Shown here: positions 17,279 through 26,766 of the stretch, one piece after another
Numbering within the stretch: position 1 is the stretch's first letter
Layout: each line of letters begins with the position of its first letter
Source of the DNA: Saprospiraceae bacterium
GTDB taxonomy: Bacteria; Bacteroidota; Bacteroidia; Chitinophagales; Saprospiraceae
NCBI GenBank assembly: GCA_026996805.1
Contig: JALWKB010000126.1
Span: 1 to 47,706, forward strand
Direction: 5' to 3'
Length of the DNA: 47,706 bases
Notes under the pieces: model-generated
Database searches by the model: none
What the model saw: only the letters and a program-made list of their open reading frames with translations
Told to the model about the DNA's origin: nothing
Program-made: the position numbers and the translations under genes

Positions 17279-18598
17279 ATGATTCCACAGTCCTTTGTCG
17301 TCGAAGGCGGTGCACAATTGGAGGGCTCCATCACACCCCAAGGAGCCAAAAACGAAGCCCTTCAGGTCATCTGCGCTGCACTGCTGACCGACCAGCCCGT
17401 CATCCTAAAAAACGTGCCCGACATCCTCGATGTGCGCCGCCTCATCGCCTTAGTAGAAGGTATGGGCGTGGAGGTGCAGCGACCATCCAAAAACTCGTAC
17501 ATCCTTCAAGCCAAAGACATCGATCTCGACTACCTGAGCTCCGACGAATACCAGGCCAACGCCCGCAAAATACGCGGCTCCATCATGTTGCTCGCCCCAC
17601 TGTTGGCGAGGTTTGGCAAGGCCTTTATTCCCAAACCCGGAGGAGATAAAATCGGGCGCCGCCGTCTCGATACCCATTTCGAAGGCTTCCGACAATTGGG
17701 CGCTCAGTTGCGCACCGACGAAAAGCGCCAAAAGTTCTACCTCGAAGCAAAAAAACTCCGCGGCACCTACATACTCATGGATGAAATCTCCGTCACAGGT
17801 ACCGCCAACATCATTATGGCCTCCGTACTTGCAGAAGGAACAACGACGATCTACAACGCCGCCTGCGAACCCTACGTCCAACAGCTCTGTCGCATGCTCA
17901 ATGCTATGGGGGCCCGCATCGAAGGCATCGGCTCCAACCTGCTCACCATCCACGGTGTCAATGCGCTCAACGGTACAAGCCATACCATACTGCCCGACAT
18001 GATTGAAATCGGCAGCTTCATCGGCATGAGTGTACTGACCAACTCCCCTATCCGCATAAAAAACTGCCGCGTCGACGAGCTCGGAAACACCTTGAAGTTT
18101 TTCAAAAAACTCGGCGCACAATTTCACATCGACAACGACGATATCGTACTCGATCACCACGACCACTACGAGATTCAAACCTTCCTCGACGGCAGCATCC
18201 TCACCATCTACGACGCCCCTTGGCCGGGGTTTTCTCCCGACCTCATCAGCGTCGCCTTAGTTATGGCTACGCAAGCCCAGGGCAGTGTATTGATCCACCA
18301 AAAGATGTTTGAGAGCCGCCTCTTCTTTGTCGACCGCCTCATCGACATGGGCGCAAAGATCATCCTCTGCGACCCGCACCGCGCCATCGTCATCGGACTC
18401 AACCGACAGAGCCCACTGCGCGGTATCGAGATGAGCTCTCCCGACATACGCGCCGGCGTGGCACTACTCATCGCAGCCCTCTCAGCGCAGGGCAAAAGCC
18501 TTATCCACAATATCCACCAAATCGACCGGGGGTACGAAAACATCGATGCACGTCTTAATGCGCTCGGCGCGCGCATCGAACGCATCGATGCCCAGTAG
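17279..18598 (+). CDS. murA: UDP-N-acetylglucosamine 1-carboxyvinyltransferase
   Basis: Full-length MurA: GAKNEALQVICAALL...KPGGDKIGRRRLDTHF...ATENIIMA-like GTANIIMAS...HQIDRGYENID. Confidence 0.97.
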   Translation: MIPQSFVVEGGAQLEGSITPQGAKNEALQVICAALLTDQPVILKNVPDILDVRRLIALVEGMGVEVQRPSKNSYILQAKDIDLDYLSSDEYQANARKIRGSIMLLAPLLARFGKAFIPKPGGDKIGRRRLDTHFEGFRQLGAQLRTDEKRQKFYLEAKKLRGTYILMDEISVTGTANIIMASVLAEGTTTIYNAACEPYVQQLCRMLNAMGARIEGIGSNLLTIHGVNALNGTSHTILPDMIEIGSFIGMSVLTNSPIRIKNCRVDELGNTLKFFKKLGAQFHIDNDDIVLDHHDHYEIQTFLDGSILTIYDAPWPGFSPDLISVALVMATQAQGSVLIHQKMFESRLFFVDRLIDMGAKIILCDPHRAIVIGLNRQSPLRGIEMSSPDIRAGVALLIAALSAQGKSLIHNIHQIDRGYENIDARLNALGARIERIDAQ

Positions 18599-18654
18599 CA
18601 GCCTTGACCCTTCAGGGGATCGGCGACCCGTACATGGGCAAACCGTCCAGGTAC

Positions 18655-18945
18655 TTACTTGCTGCCCAGAGCGTTTTTAACCGCTCCAATGACGGAGAGC
18701 AACACACCGCCGCCGACAGCTCCTCCGCCTATGCTGCCTAAGATACTGCCCACATCCAGCTGACCCGCTGTGCCCGTGTCAATGCCGAGCATGCCGAGGA
18801 TATAACTTCCCAATCCTCCTCCTAAAATGCCCACAATCGAATCCCCCACTTTACCGAGGCTGAGGTTCTTGAGGAGTCTACCGGCAATGTTGCCACCTGC
18901 TGCACCACTCAACAGCGAAATGATCAAAGGTAACCAAGCATTCAT
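18655..18945 (-). CDS. Small glycine-rich membrane protein (GlsB/YeaQ/YmgE-like, glycine-zipper type)
   Basis: The 96-aa product has three hydrophobic Gly-rich segments ([35 protein letters not shown]). The family assignment is tentative. Confidence 0.5.
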   Translation of the reverse strand: MNAWLPLIISLLSGAAGGNIAGRLLKNLSLGKVGDSIVGILGGGLGSYILGMLGIDTGTAGQLDVGSILGSIGGGAVGGGVLLSVIGAVKNALGSK

Positions 18946-19024
18946 AGTTGTAAGGTTTTAATGGTTTGTTCGTCCTTTCGAATTACGGCGACAAGATACA
19001 AAATTTTTTATTACTACAACCATT

Positions 19025-19756
19025 TTATGCAAAATTTTCTTGCCAAATTTCCCAAGATGCCTCTGCCTGCAAGATCAACATGCCGTATCCGTTGCGCACC
19101 ACACATCCGCGACGGAGGCCCTCTCTGAGAAATCCCGTCACTACCGGCCGGTAGATCAAATCGTACAAATATTGTCGATGGCTCAGGGCATCATACGGAA
19201 GGGCAGGCAGTTCGTCTTCACGAGGGTACATACCTACAGGTGTGCACTGCACGATCAAGTCGGCCTCCTGTATATGCCGCGCTCGAAGTGTGGAATACGT
19301 CCAATCCCCTTTTTCAGGCGATCGCGACACGATTTTATATGATACACCTCGGAGTTTTAAAGCGTATTGCACTGCCTTTGCCGCTCCACCGCTGCCGAGT
19401 ATGAGCGCACTGCTTCCATGCCAGTCACTGAGTGTACGGCTAAATCCAAGCCAATCCGTATTGTAACCATACCATCGACCATCTTGGCCGACGACCACAG
19501 TGTTGACAGCTCCTATAGCACGCGCGTGAGGATCCAGCGCATCGAGATAGTCCAATATCGATTCTTTGTATGGGATGGTCACATTAAAACCCCTCCATCC
19601 GCGCTGGGATACCTGTTGGCGCACATCGTCGAGATTGGGGAGCTCTAAGAGCTCGTATCGATAGCTGTGCCACTCCTTGCGCTGGCGAAACTTGCGCTCA
19701 AAATACGCCTTCGAAAGCGAATGTCCCAGTACTTTGCCGATGAGTCCAAATTTCAT
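19025..19756 (-). CDS. aroE: Shikimate dehydrogenase
   Basis: Diagnostic segments are GLIGKVLGHSLSK..F....GFNVTIPYKE....LD......IGAVNTV......GYNTD..GF.....ILGSGGAAKAV. The start is ATG 19756 (MKFGLIG) or 19765. Confidence 0.85.
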   Translation of the reverse strand: MKFGLIGKVLGHSLSKAYFERKFRQRKEWHSYRYELLELPNLDDVRQQVSQRGWRGFNVTIPYKESILDYLDALDPHARAIGAVNTVVVGQDGRWYGYNTDWLGFSRTLSDWHGSSALILGSGGAAKAVQYALKLRGVSYKIVSRSPEKGDWTYSTLRARHIQEADLIVQCTPVGMYPREDELPALPYDALSHRQYLYDLIYRPVVTGFLREGLRRGCVVRNGYGMLILQAEASWEIWQENFA

Positions 19757-19790
19757 ATATGACAATTTGACAGCTTGCGCAAAAAATTAC

Positions 19791-19798
19791 TAACTTTG
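19791..19798 (+). promoter_or_regulatory. -7 promoter box TAACTTTG (TAnnTTTG) upstream of miaB
   Basis: An exact consensus match lies 155 nt upstream of the miaB ATG (19953), in the divergent aroE/miaB gap. Confidence 0.4.
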
Positions 19799-19952
19799 TT
19801 GGCCATTGTGCATTGGCTCTGTACGTGGTAGATATTTCGGTTGCAATGGGCTTTTCCGATGTGCAGTATAAACAATCCGCTGTACTATTTCATTAAATTA
19901 AAACGAGACAATTGTACGGTTGCTGATCATTCATAAATCTAAGCGAGCTTCT

Positions 19953-21353
19953 ATGGCGAGAGATAAAGCAGTAGTAGAGGAAACAAAATGTACAAGCGCC
20001 ACGGATGACAGTGGGCGGTATTACTACATTGAGACGTATGGGTGTCAGATGAACTTCAACGACAGCGAAATCGTCGCTTCGCTGCTCGAACAGATGGGTT
20101 ATCGCGCCACAACGGACATTAAAAATGCAGACCTGGTATTCATCAACACCTGTTCTATCCGCGAAAAGGCAGAGGAGACCGTCCGTAGGCGCTTGCGATA
20201 CTTTCAGTCTGTAAGCAAGAGTATTGACCGTCCTTTTAAGGTGGGTGTGTTGGGCTGTATGGCCGAGCGCATGAAAAAGCAGCTCTTAGAAGAAGAGCAA
20301 ATCGTCGACATGGTCGTGGGGCCCGATGCCTACCGCAGTTTGCCACAGCTCATCGAAGAGGTGGAAAGCGGCCAACGCGCGGTCAATGTTTTGTTATCGC
20401 GTGAGGAGACCTATGCCGATATCCAGCCTGTCCGGCTTGGGTCCAATGGGGTCAGCGCTTTTATTTCCATTATGCGGGGGTGTGACAACATGTGTTCTTT
20501 TTGTGTGGTGCCCTTCACTCGTGGGCGCGAGCGAAGTCGTGATCCCTACACCATCGTAGCCGAAGCCGCCGACCTGTTTGATCGCGGCTATCGCGAAGTG
20601 ACGCTCCTCGGTCAAAACGTCGATTCGTACCGATGGGTGCACCCACAGACGGGCGAGGTCGTCCGCTTTGCCAAGCTCCTCCAGTGGTGCGCCGAAATCG
20701 ACCCACGGCTGCGCATACGCTTTTCGACCTCTCATCCAAAAGACATGACCGATGAGGTGTTACATACCATTGCCCAATATCCCAACATCTGCAAGTACAT
20801 CCACCTACCCATACAGTCGGGCAGCGATCGCATCCTCGAACTCATGCGTAGGGGCTACACGCGCAAGTGGTACCTCCAACGCATCGAGGCCATACGGCGC
20901 ATCATACCCGATTGCGCGGTTTCTTCGGATATCATCACCGGCTTTTGTACCGAAACGGAAGAAGACCACCAGTTGACACTCCAGGCCATGGAGGAAGCCG
21001 ATTTCTGCATGTCGTACATGTTTGCCTACTCGGAAAGGCCGCGCACCTGGGCTGCCCGCAACCTAAAAGACGACGTACCACGAGAGGTCAAAATTCGCCG
21101 ACTCGAAGAAGTCATACAGCTCCAAAAACAGCTGTCCCTGCGCCACAACCGACGCGATATCGGCAAGACCTTCGAAGTACTCATCGAAGGAGATTCGAAG
21201 CGCTCCAGCCGCCACTTTAAAGGTCGCAACTCGCAGAATAAAATGGTCATCTTCCCCAAAGTCAACGGCTACAAACCCGGCGACTACGTCGACGTGCGCA
21301 TCGACGATGCCACTTCCGCTACTCTGCTGGGGCACATCGTTTCAAATCATTAG
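19953..21353 (+). CDS. miaB: tRNA-2-methylthio-N6-dimethylallyladenosine synthase (radical SAM methylthiotransferase)
   Basis: It has the UPF0004 domain ([16 protein letters not shown]), the radical-SAM CxxxCxxC motif ([12 protein letters not shown]) and a TRAM domain at the C-terminus. I prefer ATG 19953 to the TTG at 19920. Confidence 0.93.
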   Translation: MARDKAVVEETKCTSATDDSGRYYYIETYGCQMNFNDSEIVASLLEQMGYRATTDIKNADLVFINTCSIREKAEETVRRRLRYFQSVSKSIDRPFKVGVLGCMAERMKKQLLEEEQIVDMVVGPDAYRSLPQLIEEVESGQRAVNVLLSREETYADIQPVRLGSNGVSAFISIMRGCDNMCSFCVVPFTRGRERSRDPYTIVAEAADLFDRGYREVTLLGQNVDSYRWVHPQTGEVVRFAKLLQWCAEIDPRLRIRFSTSHPKDMTDEVLHTIAQYPNICKYIHLPIQSGSDRILELMRRGYTRKWYLQRIEAIRRIIPDCAVSSDIITGFCTETEEDHQLTLQAMEEADFCMSYMFAYSERPRTWAARNLKDDVPREVKIRRLEEVIQLQKQLSLRHNRRDIGKTFEVLIEGDSKRSSRHFKGRNSQNKMVIFPKVNGYKPGDYVDVRIDDATSATLLGHIVSNH

Positions 21354-21367
21354 AATCACAGCACTCC

Positions 21368-22603
21368 ATGATTTCTCAACTCCAGACCATCAAACAACGC
21401 TTCGGAATCATCGGCATATCGCCTAAACTCGACCACGCGCTGCAAAAGGCCATACGTGTAGCTCCAACCGACCTGACCGTGCTCATCACCGGCGAAAGTG
21501 GAGTGGGCAAGGAGGTCTTTTCCAAAATCATCCACCAGCTCAGCCCCCGACGGCATTTCCCCTTCCTGGCCATCAACTGCGGCGCCATCCCACCCGGAAC
21601 CATCAACTCAGAGCTTTTCGGACACGAAAAAGGCGCCTTTACCGGCGCCACCAATGAAAGAAAGGGCTACTTCGAAGTGGTCAACAAAGGCACGATCTTT
21701 CTCGACGAAGTATCCGAACTGCCGCTCGACACCCAAGCATATCTGCTACGCGTACTCGAAACGGGCGAATTCATCCGCGTAGGCTCATCCACTGTCCGAA
21801 AGACCGACGTGCGCGTCATCGCCGCCTCCAACGTCGACCTGCTCGAACGCGTGCGTCAAGGCAAATTCCGCGAAGACCTCTACTACCGCCTCAATATCGT
21901 CCCCATCTACATCCCGCCCCTGCGGGAGCGCAAGGAAGATATACCCATTCTCTTCCGCAAGTTTACCAGAGACTGTGCCGAAAAATACAACGCCATACCC
22001 GTCAAGCTCACCCCAGAGGCCGAACAAATGCTCATCAATTACTACTGGCCCGGCAACATCCGACAGCTCAAAAACGTCGCCGAACAACTCTGCATCCTCT
22101 CCGACAACGGCATCATCACCCCCGAACAGCTCCGCACCGTCATCCCCGACATCGACCGACCACTCATGCCCACCCCCTACCAAAGATCCAACGGCGACAA
22201 ACTCGAAGAGCGCGAAATCCTCTACCGCCTCCTTTTCGACATGAAAAAAGACATCGACGCACTCAAACACCTCATCTATCGCCTCATCAAAGAAAACAAC
22301 CTACAGCTCGAACAACAACACATGCCCGTGCTCAATGCCCCCAGCTCCGAACCACCCGTCATCATCGAACCTCAACCCTCCCCCTCCTACAGTAGCGAAC
22401 CATCCAAACCCGTCGTCGAAGTCCAACCCAAAACCATCGAAGTACAACCCGCAGAGACCACCCTCAATCTGTATGAAATGGAAAAACAACTCATCCAAAA
22501 AGCACTCAAAAAACACCACGGCAAGCGCAGAGCCGCAGCAAAAGAACTCGGCATCTCCGAACGCACCCTCTATCGCAAAATCAAACAATACCAACTCGAA
22601 TGA
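21368..22603 (+). CDS. Sigma-54-dependent transcriptional activator (AAA+ plus Fis-type HTH, no N-terminal sensor/receiver domain)
   Basis: It has Walker A (GESGVGKE), the GAFTGA loop (EKGAFTGA), Walker B (IFLDEV), an R-finger region, and a C-terminal HTH (AAKELGISERTLYRKIK). The AAA+ domain starts about 25 aa from the N-terminus. Confidence 0.9.
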   Translation: MISQLQTIKQRFGIIGISPKLDHALQKAIRVAPTDLTVLITGESGVGKEVFSKIIHQLSPRRHFPFLAINCGAIPPGTINSELFGHEKGAFTGATNERKGYFEVVNKGTIFLDEVSELPLDTQAYLLRVLETGEFIRVGSSTVRKTDVRVIAASNVDLLERVRQGKFREDLYYRLNIVPIYIPPLRERKEDIPILFRKFTRDCAEKYNAIPVKLTPEAEQMLINYYWPGNIRQLKNVAEQLCILSDNGIITPEQLRTVIPDIDRPLMPTPYQRSNGDKLEEREILYRLLFDMKKDIDALKHLIYRLIKENNLQLEQQHMPVLNAPSSEPPVIIEPQPSPSYSSEPSKPVVEVQPKTIEVQPAETTLNLYEMEKQLIQKALKKHHGKRRAAAKELGISERTLYRKIKQYQLE

Positions 22604-23094
22604 AAAACATCCTATTGCTCGGCTTTTTCCTTCCGCTGTTGAGCCATTGCTATAGCTTCCGAGGCATCACCGTCGACCCTCAATGGAAGACCTATTACGT
22701 CGAAAACGTCGTCGACAAATCGCCCACCGGAGCCCCCGCCGAACTGGCCGATATGCTCGCATCCAAATTGAGCAAAACCATCCGCAACGAAACCCCCCTC
22801 CAACTCGACGAATCCCAGCCCGACATCCGCATCGAAATGACCATCACCCGCTATGAAACCGTAGCCGGCAACATCGCCCAAGGCGAATCCACCCCCTACA
22901 ACCTCTTCAACCTCAGCCTACAAGTCCAGTGGACAGATACCAACAACCCGCAAAAATCGTGGAAGCGAAATTTCAACTTCCAGGAAGAGTTTCCCTCCAC
23001 CACCGACTTCTTCGAAATACGCGATGAACTCCTGCGACGAGCTGTCGATAAACTCACAGAAGATATCTTTAACAGCGCTTTTACAAACTGGTGA
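22600..23094 (+). CDS. lptE: LPS-assembly lipoprotein LptE family
   Basis: The signal peptide ends ...LLSHCYSFRG. Size (164 aa) and position between the sigma-54 activator and secG are typical of Bacteroidota LptE. The start overlaps the upstream stop by 4 nt (ATGA). Confidence 0.65.
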   Translation: MKNILLLGFFLPLLSHCYSFRGITVDPQWKTYYVENVVDKSPTGAPAELADMLASKLSKTIRNETPLQLDESQPDIRIEMTITRYETVAGNIAQGESTPYNLFNLSLQVQWTDTNNPQKSWKRNFNFQEEFPSTTDFFEIRDELLRRAVDKLTEDIFNSAFTNW

Positions 23095-23098
23095 AACG

Positions 23099-23635
23099 AT
23101 GACTTCACTCCCCGCACAGACCACGCACACCAATAATAATATCGACTTCCCCACACTCCTACAACATGCCCTCAAGCTCGTGCGAGAAGGCAAGACCCTG
23201 CCCGAAGAGCTCCTACATCGGCTCAGCTTGCTGGCCCCCGACCGCGTGCGCCTCTTCCAACTGCTCAATAAGTCGACAGAAACCACCGATATCGCTTCAA
23301 GCGAACCTACACAACAACCCATCGCCCCCCGTAAGGCCATGCCAGAAGTTCAAATTGAGAAGACAACCTCGACGGAAGAGCCCCTCCACGCCACTTCTGC
23401 TGATGAAATGAGCTTCTCCGAATGGATTAACTACATAAATCAAAAACTCGAGGTGGAAGCATCGTCATCACCCACGACACCCCCTACCCCCGTCTCAGAA
23501 ACCTACGCACGACTGCTCATCCAGCAAGGGCATTATGAAAAAGCCATCGAAATTTATCAAAAACTCATGCAGCTACATCCAGAAAAATCCAATACCTTTG
23601 CCTTACAAATCGAACAACTCAAAAAACAACGCTGA
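23099..23635 (+). CDS. Hypothetical protein with a single C-terminal TPR-like helix pair
   Basis: ATG 23099 lies 5 nt after the lptE stop. The middle is low-complexity S/T/P/E-rich. The C-terminus ETYARLLIQQGHYEKAIEIYQKLMQLHPEKSNTFALQIEQLKK is TPR-like. The stop shares one nucleotide with the secG start. Confidence 0.55.
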   Translation: MTSLPAQTTHTNNNIDFPTLLQHALKLVREGKTLPEELLHRLSLLAPDRVRLFQLLNKSTETTDIASSEPTQQPIAPRKAMPEVQIEKTTSTEEPLHATSADEMSFSEWINYINQKLEVEASSSPTTPPTPVSETYARLLIQQGHYEKAIEIYQKLMQLHPEKSNTFALQIEQLKKQR

Positions 23636-23898
23636 TGCTCAATCTACTGACCATACTCATCGCCATCAACAGTATCTTACTCATCTTGGCGGTACTCATT
23701 CAAAATCCCAAAGGAGGCGGCATCGATAGTTCGATCGGTGGTCTGGGAGCGACTCAGATGCTCGGCGTGGCCCGATCGACAGACTTCATCGAAAAGCTGA
23801 CGTGGTACCTCGCCATATCGCTGTTGGTACTGTGCATCATCACCGCCTTGCTCGTTTCGCCCTCGACCGAAGGTACCACTCCATTGCTGAGCGAGTAA
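23635..23898 (+). CDS. secG: Preprotein translocase subunit SecG
   Basis: The 87-aa product has two TM segments flanking the motif LIQNPKGGGIDSSIGG..ATQMLG. Confidence 0.85.
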   Translation: MLNLLTILIAINSILLILAVLIQNPKGGGIDSSIGGLGATQMLGVARSTDFIEKLTWYLAISLLVLCIITALLVSPSTEGTTPLLSE

Positions 23899-23931
23899 GC
23901 GACGAAGGTATACATTTCCCATGGACAACGG

Positions 23932-23964
23932 AGCCCGTTGCCATCGCTGGCAACGGGCTTTTTT
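23932..23964 (+). terminator. Rho-independent terminator after secG
   Basis: A perfect 12-bp stem AGCCCGTTGCCA / TGGCAACGGGCT has a 4-nt loop and is followed by TTTTTTG. Confidence 0.85.
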
Positions 23965-24105
23965 GTAGGTATCTGGTACAAAATGTCACCCTTGCTGTAC
24001 CTAAGATGTCATGTAGCTGTGAAAAATTGGCACAAATCGCCAATAGGCATATGTTTTGATAATTGGTTGCTGAGTTTGTAAAACAAACATAAAAATCATC
24101 GGGCT

Positions 24106-24378
24106 ATGAAGATGAAACCAATAGCGGACAGAGTCGTCGTCGAACCGTTCGAACCCGAAGAAAAGACGGAAGGGGGAATCATCATTCCAGACACCGCTAA
24201 GGAAAAACCCCAAAAGGGAAAGGTAGTAGCCGTAGGTCCCGGTAAAAAAGACCAAAAAATGACCGTCAAAGAAGGAGACGTAGTACTCTACGGTAAGTAC
24301 GCCGGACAAGAAGTCCACTACAACGGCAAAGACTACCTCATCATGCGTGAAGACGAGATACTCGTCATCCTCGAATAA
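24106..24378 (+). CDS. groES: Co-chaperonin GroES
   Basis: The sequence is [43 protein letters not shown]... (90 aa). Confidence 0.97.
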   Translation: MKMKPIADRVVVEPFEPEEKTEGGIIIPDTAKEKPQKGKVVAVGPGKKDQKMTVKEGDVVLYGKYAGQEVHYNGKDYLIMREDEILVILE

Positions 24379-24441
24379 GCAAAGCTCTGACCTTGCATTG
24401 CTCTTTTTTACCAAAAACTCATTTTAAAATCAACGCATTAA

Positions 24442-26094
<1,653 letters not shown>

Positions 26095-26129
26095 AAAAAG
26101 AGCAAAAAACGCCGTACAACAACACAAAA

Positions 26130-26159
26130 GGCACTCCCCACATGGGGAGTGCCTTTTTT
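26130..26159 (+). terminator. Rho-independent terminator after groEL
   Basis: GGCACTCCCC-ACAT-GGGGAGTGCC forms a 10-bp stem followed by TTTTTT. Confidence 0.85.
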
Positions 26160-26292
26160 CTTACCCCTCTCCATAAAATGAAAAATCGGCTGCCTCAACA
26201 ACGAGACAACCGACTTTTCACTACTAATCCCATGAACAACAAATGACTACAGTCTTCAACCCTATACGGAAACGAACTTTGACAGCACCTTC

Positions 26293-26454
26293 AAAAAGCG
26301 ATAATAATGAGTTGTACCGGGCGGTACAACTCACTATTATCAACCATAATCCCATGAACTTAATCAAACTTGCAACAAAAGCATCAAAGGAGCTAAGCAA
26401 TTGTAGGTAGAGGCTTGAACCCCTCGTGAATGCTACACTTTTGCACCATTCACG
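26293..26454 (-). ncRNA. Candidate small RNA (unknown class) ending in a long terminator-like hairpin
   Basis: On the minus strand there is an 8-bp hairpin CGUGAAUG-N14-CAUUCACG (26454-26425) and a short GC hairpin (26425-26410). A 19-bp hairpin with one mismatch (26340-26301) is followed by CGCUUUUUG (U-run 26297-26293). Near-consensus -7 boxes lie at 26465-26458 (CATCTTTG) and 26494-26487 (TGTGTTTG). There is no expression or conservation data. Confidence 0.3.
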
Positions 26455-26739
26455 ATACAAAGATGCAGCCCTTAACCCTTTGCCCACAAACACAATTAAG
26501 CCCTATTGTTACATTATAAATTTTTTTAATATGTTTTGATGTCTTGTATATTAGCTGTATTTCAATTGTTTATGCAATACAGATAGGCATGTTGTTCATC
26601 ATTGTTCTATGAGTGTCATTTATAAAAACCTATTTTTTCCCCGACTTTTTCCTCTCCTCATGCTCCCAACCCGCCCACACCAACCATTTCATACACCCCC
26701 ATCACCCCTCTCAAACGCCATCCAACTGGGCTTTTCCCC

Positions 26740-26747
26740 TATCTTTG
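26740..26747 (+). promoter_or_regulatory. Exact TATCTTTG -7 promoter box for asnS
   Basis: TATCTTTGCACC ends 19 nt before the asnS ATG (26767). Confidence 0.5.
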
Positions 26748-26766
26748 CACCAAATTGCGCAGATCG

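Noticed and set aside
15167-18178. Minus-strand ORFs of 242-244 aa opposite glmS, the DUF4290-like gene and murA (15167-15901, 16581-17315, 17450-18178)
   Set aside because: All are antisense to well-supported genes and lack any recognisable domain.
24028-24043. TGGCAC...GC resembling a sigma-54 -24/-12 promoter upstream of groES
   Set aside because: The GG-to-GC spacing is two nucleotides too short for the strict sigma-54 geometry (TGGCAC-N5-TTGC). The sequence is better described as a TTGGC-N7-GCCAA palindrome.
24049-24060. 12-mer ATATGTTTTGAT shared by the groES upstream region and 26529-26540
   Set aside because: The motif is AT-rich and short. Dozens of chance 12-mer matches are expected among all position pairs in a 47.7-kb window, so the pair is not significant on its own. 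I note it only as a possible second -7-like box.
26224-26493. 89-aa minus-strand ORF (GTG start) in the groEL-asnS gap
   Set aside because: It runs straight through a 19-bp hairpin plus U-run that looks like a terminator. It lies in AT-rich DNA with composition unlike local genes, and it has a non-ATG start and no promoter-proximal context. I treat the locus as an ncRNA candidate instead.
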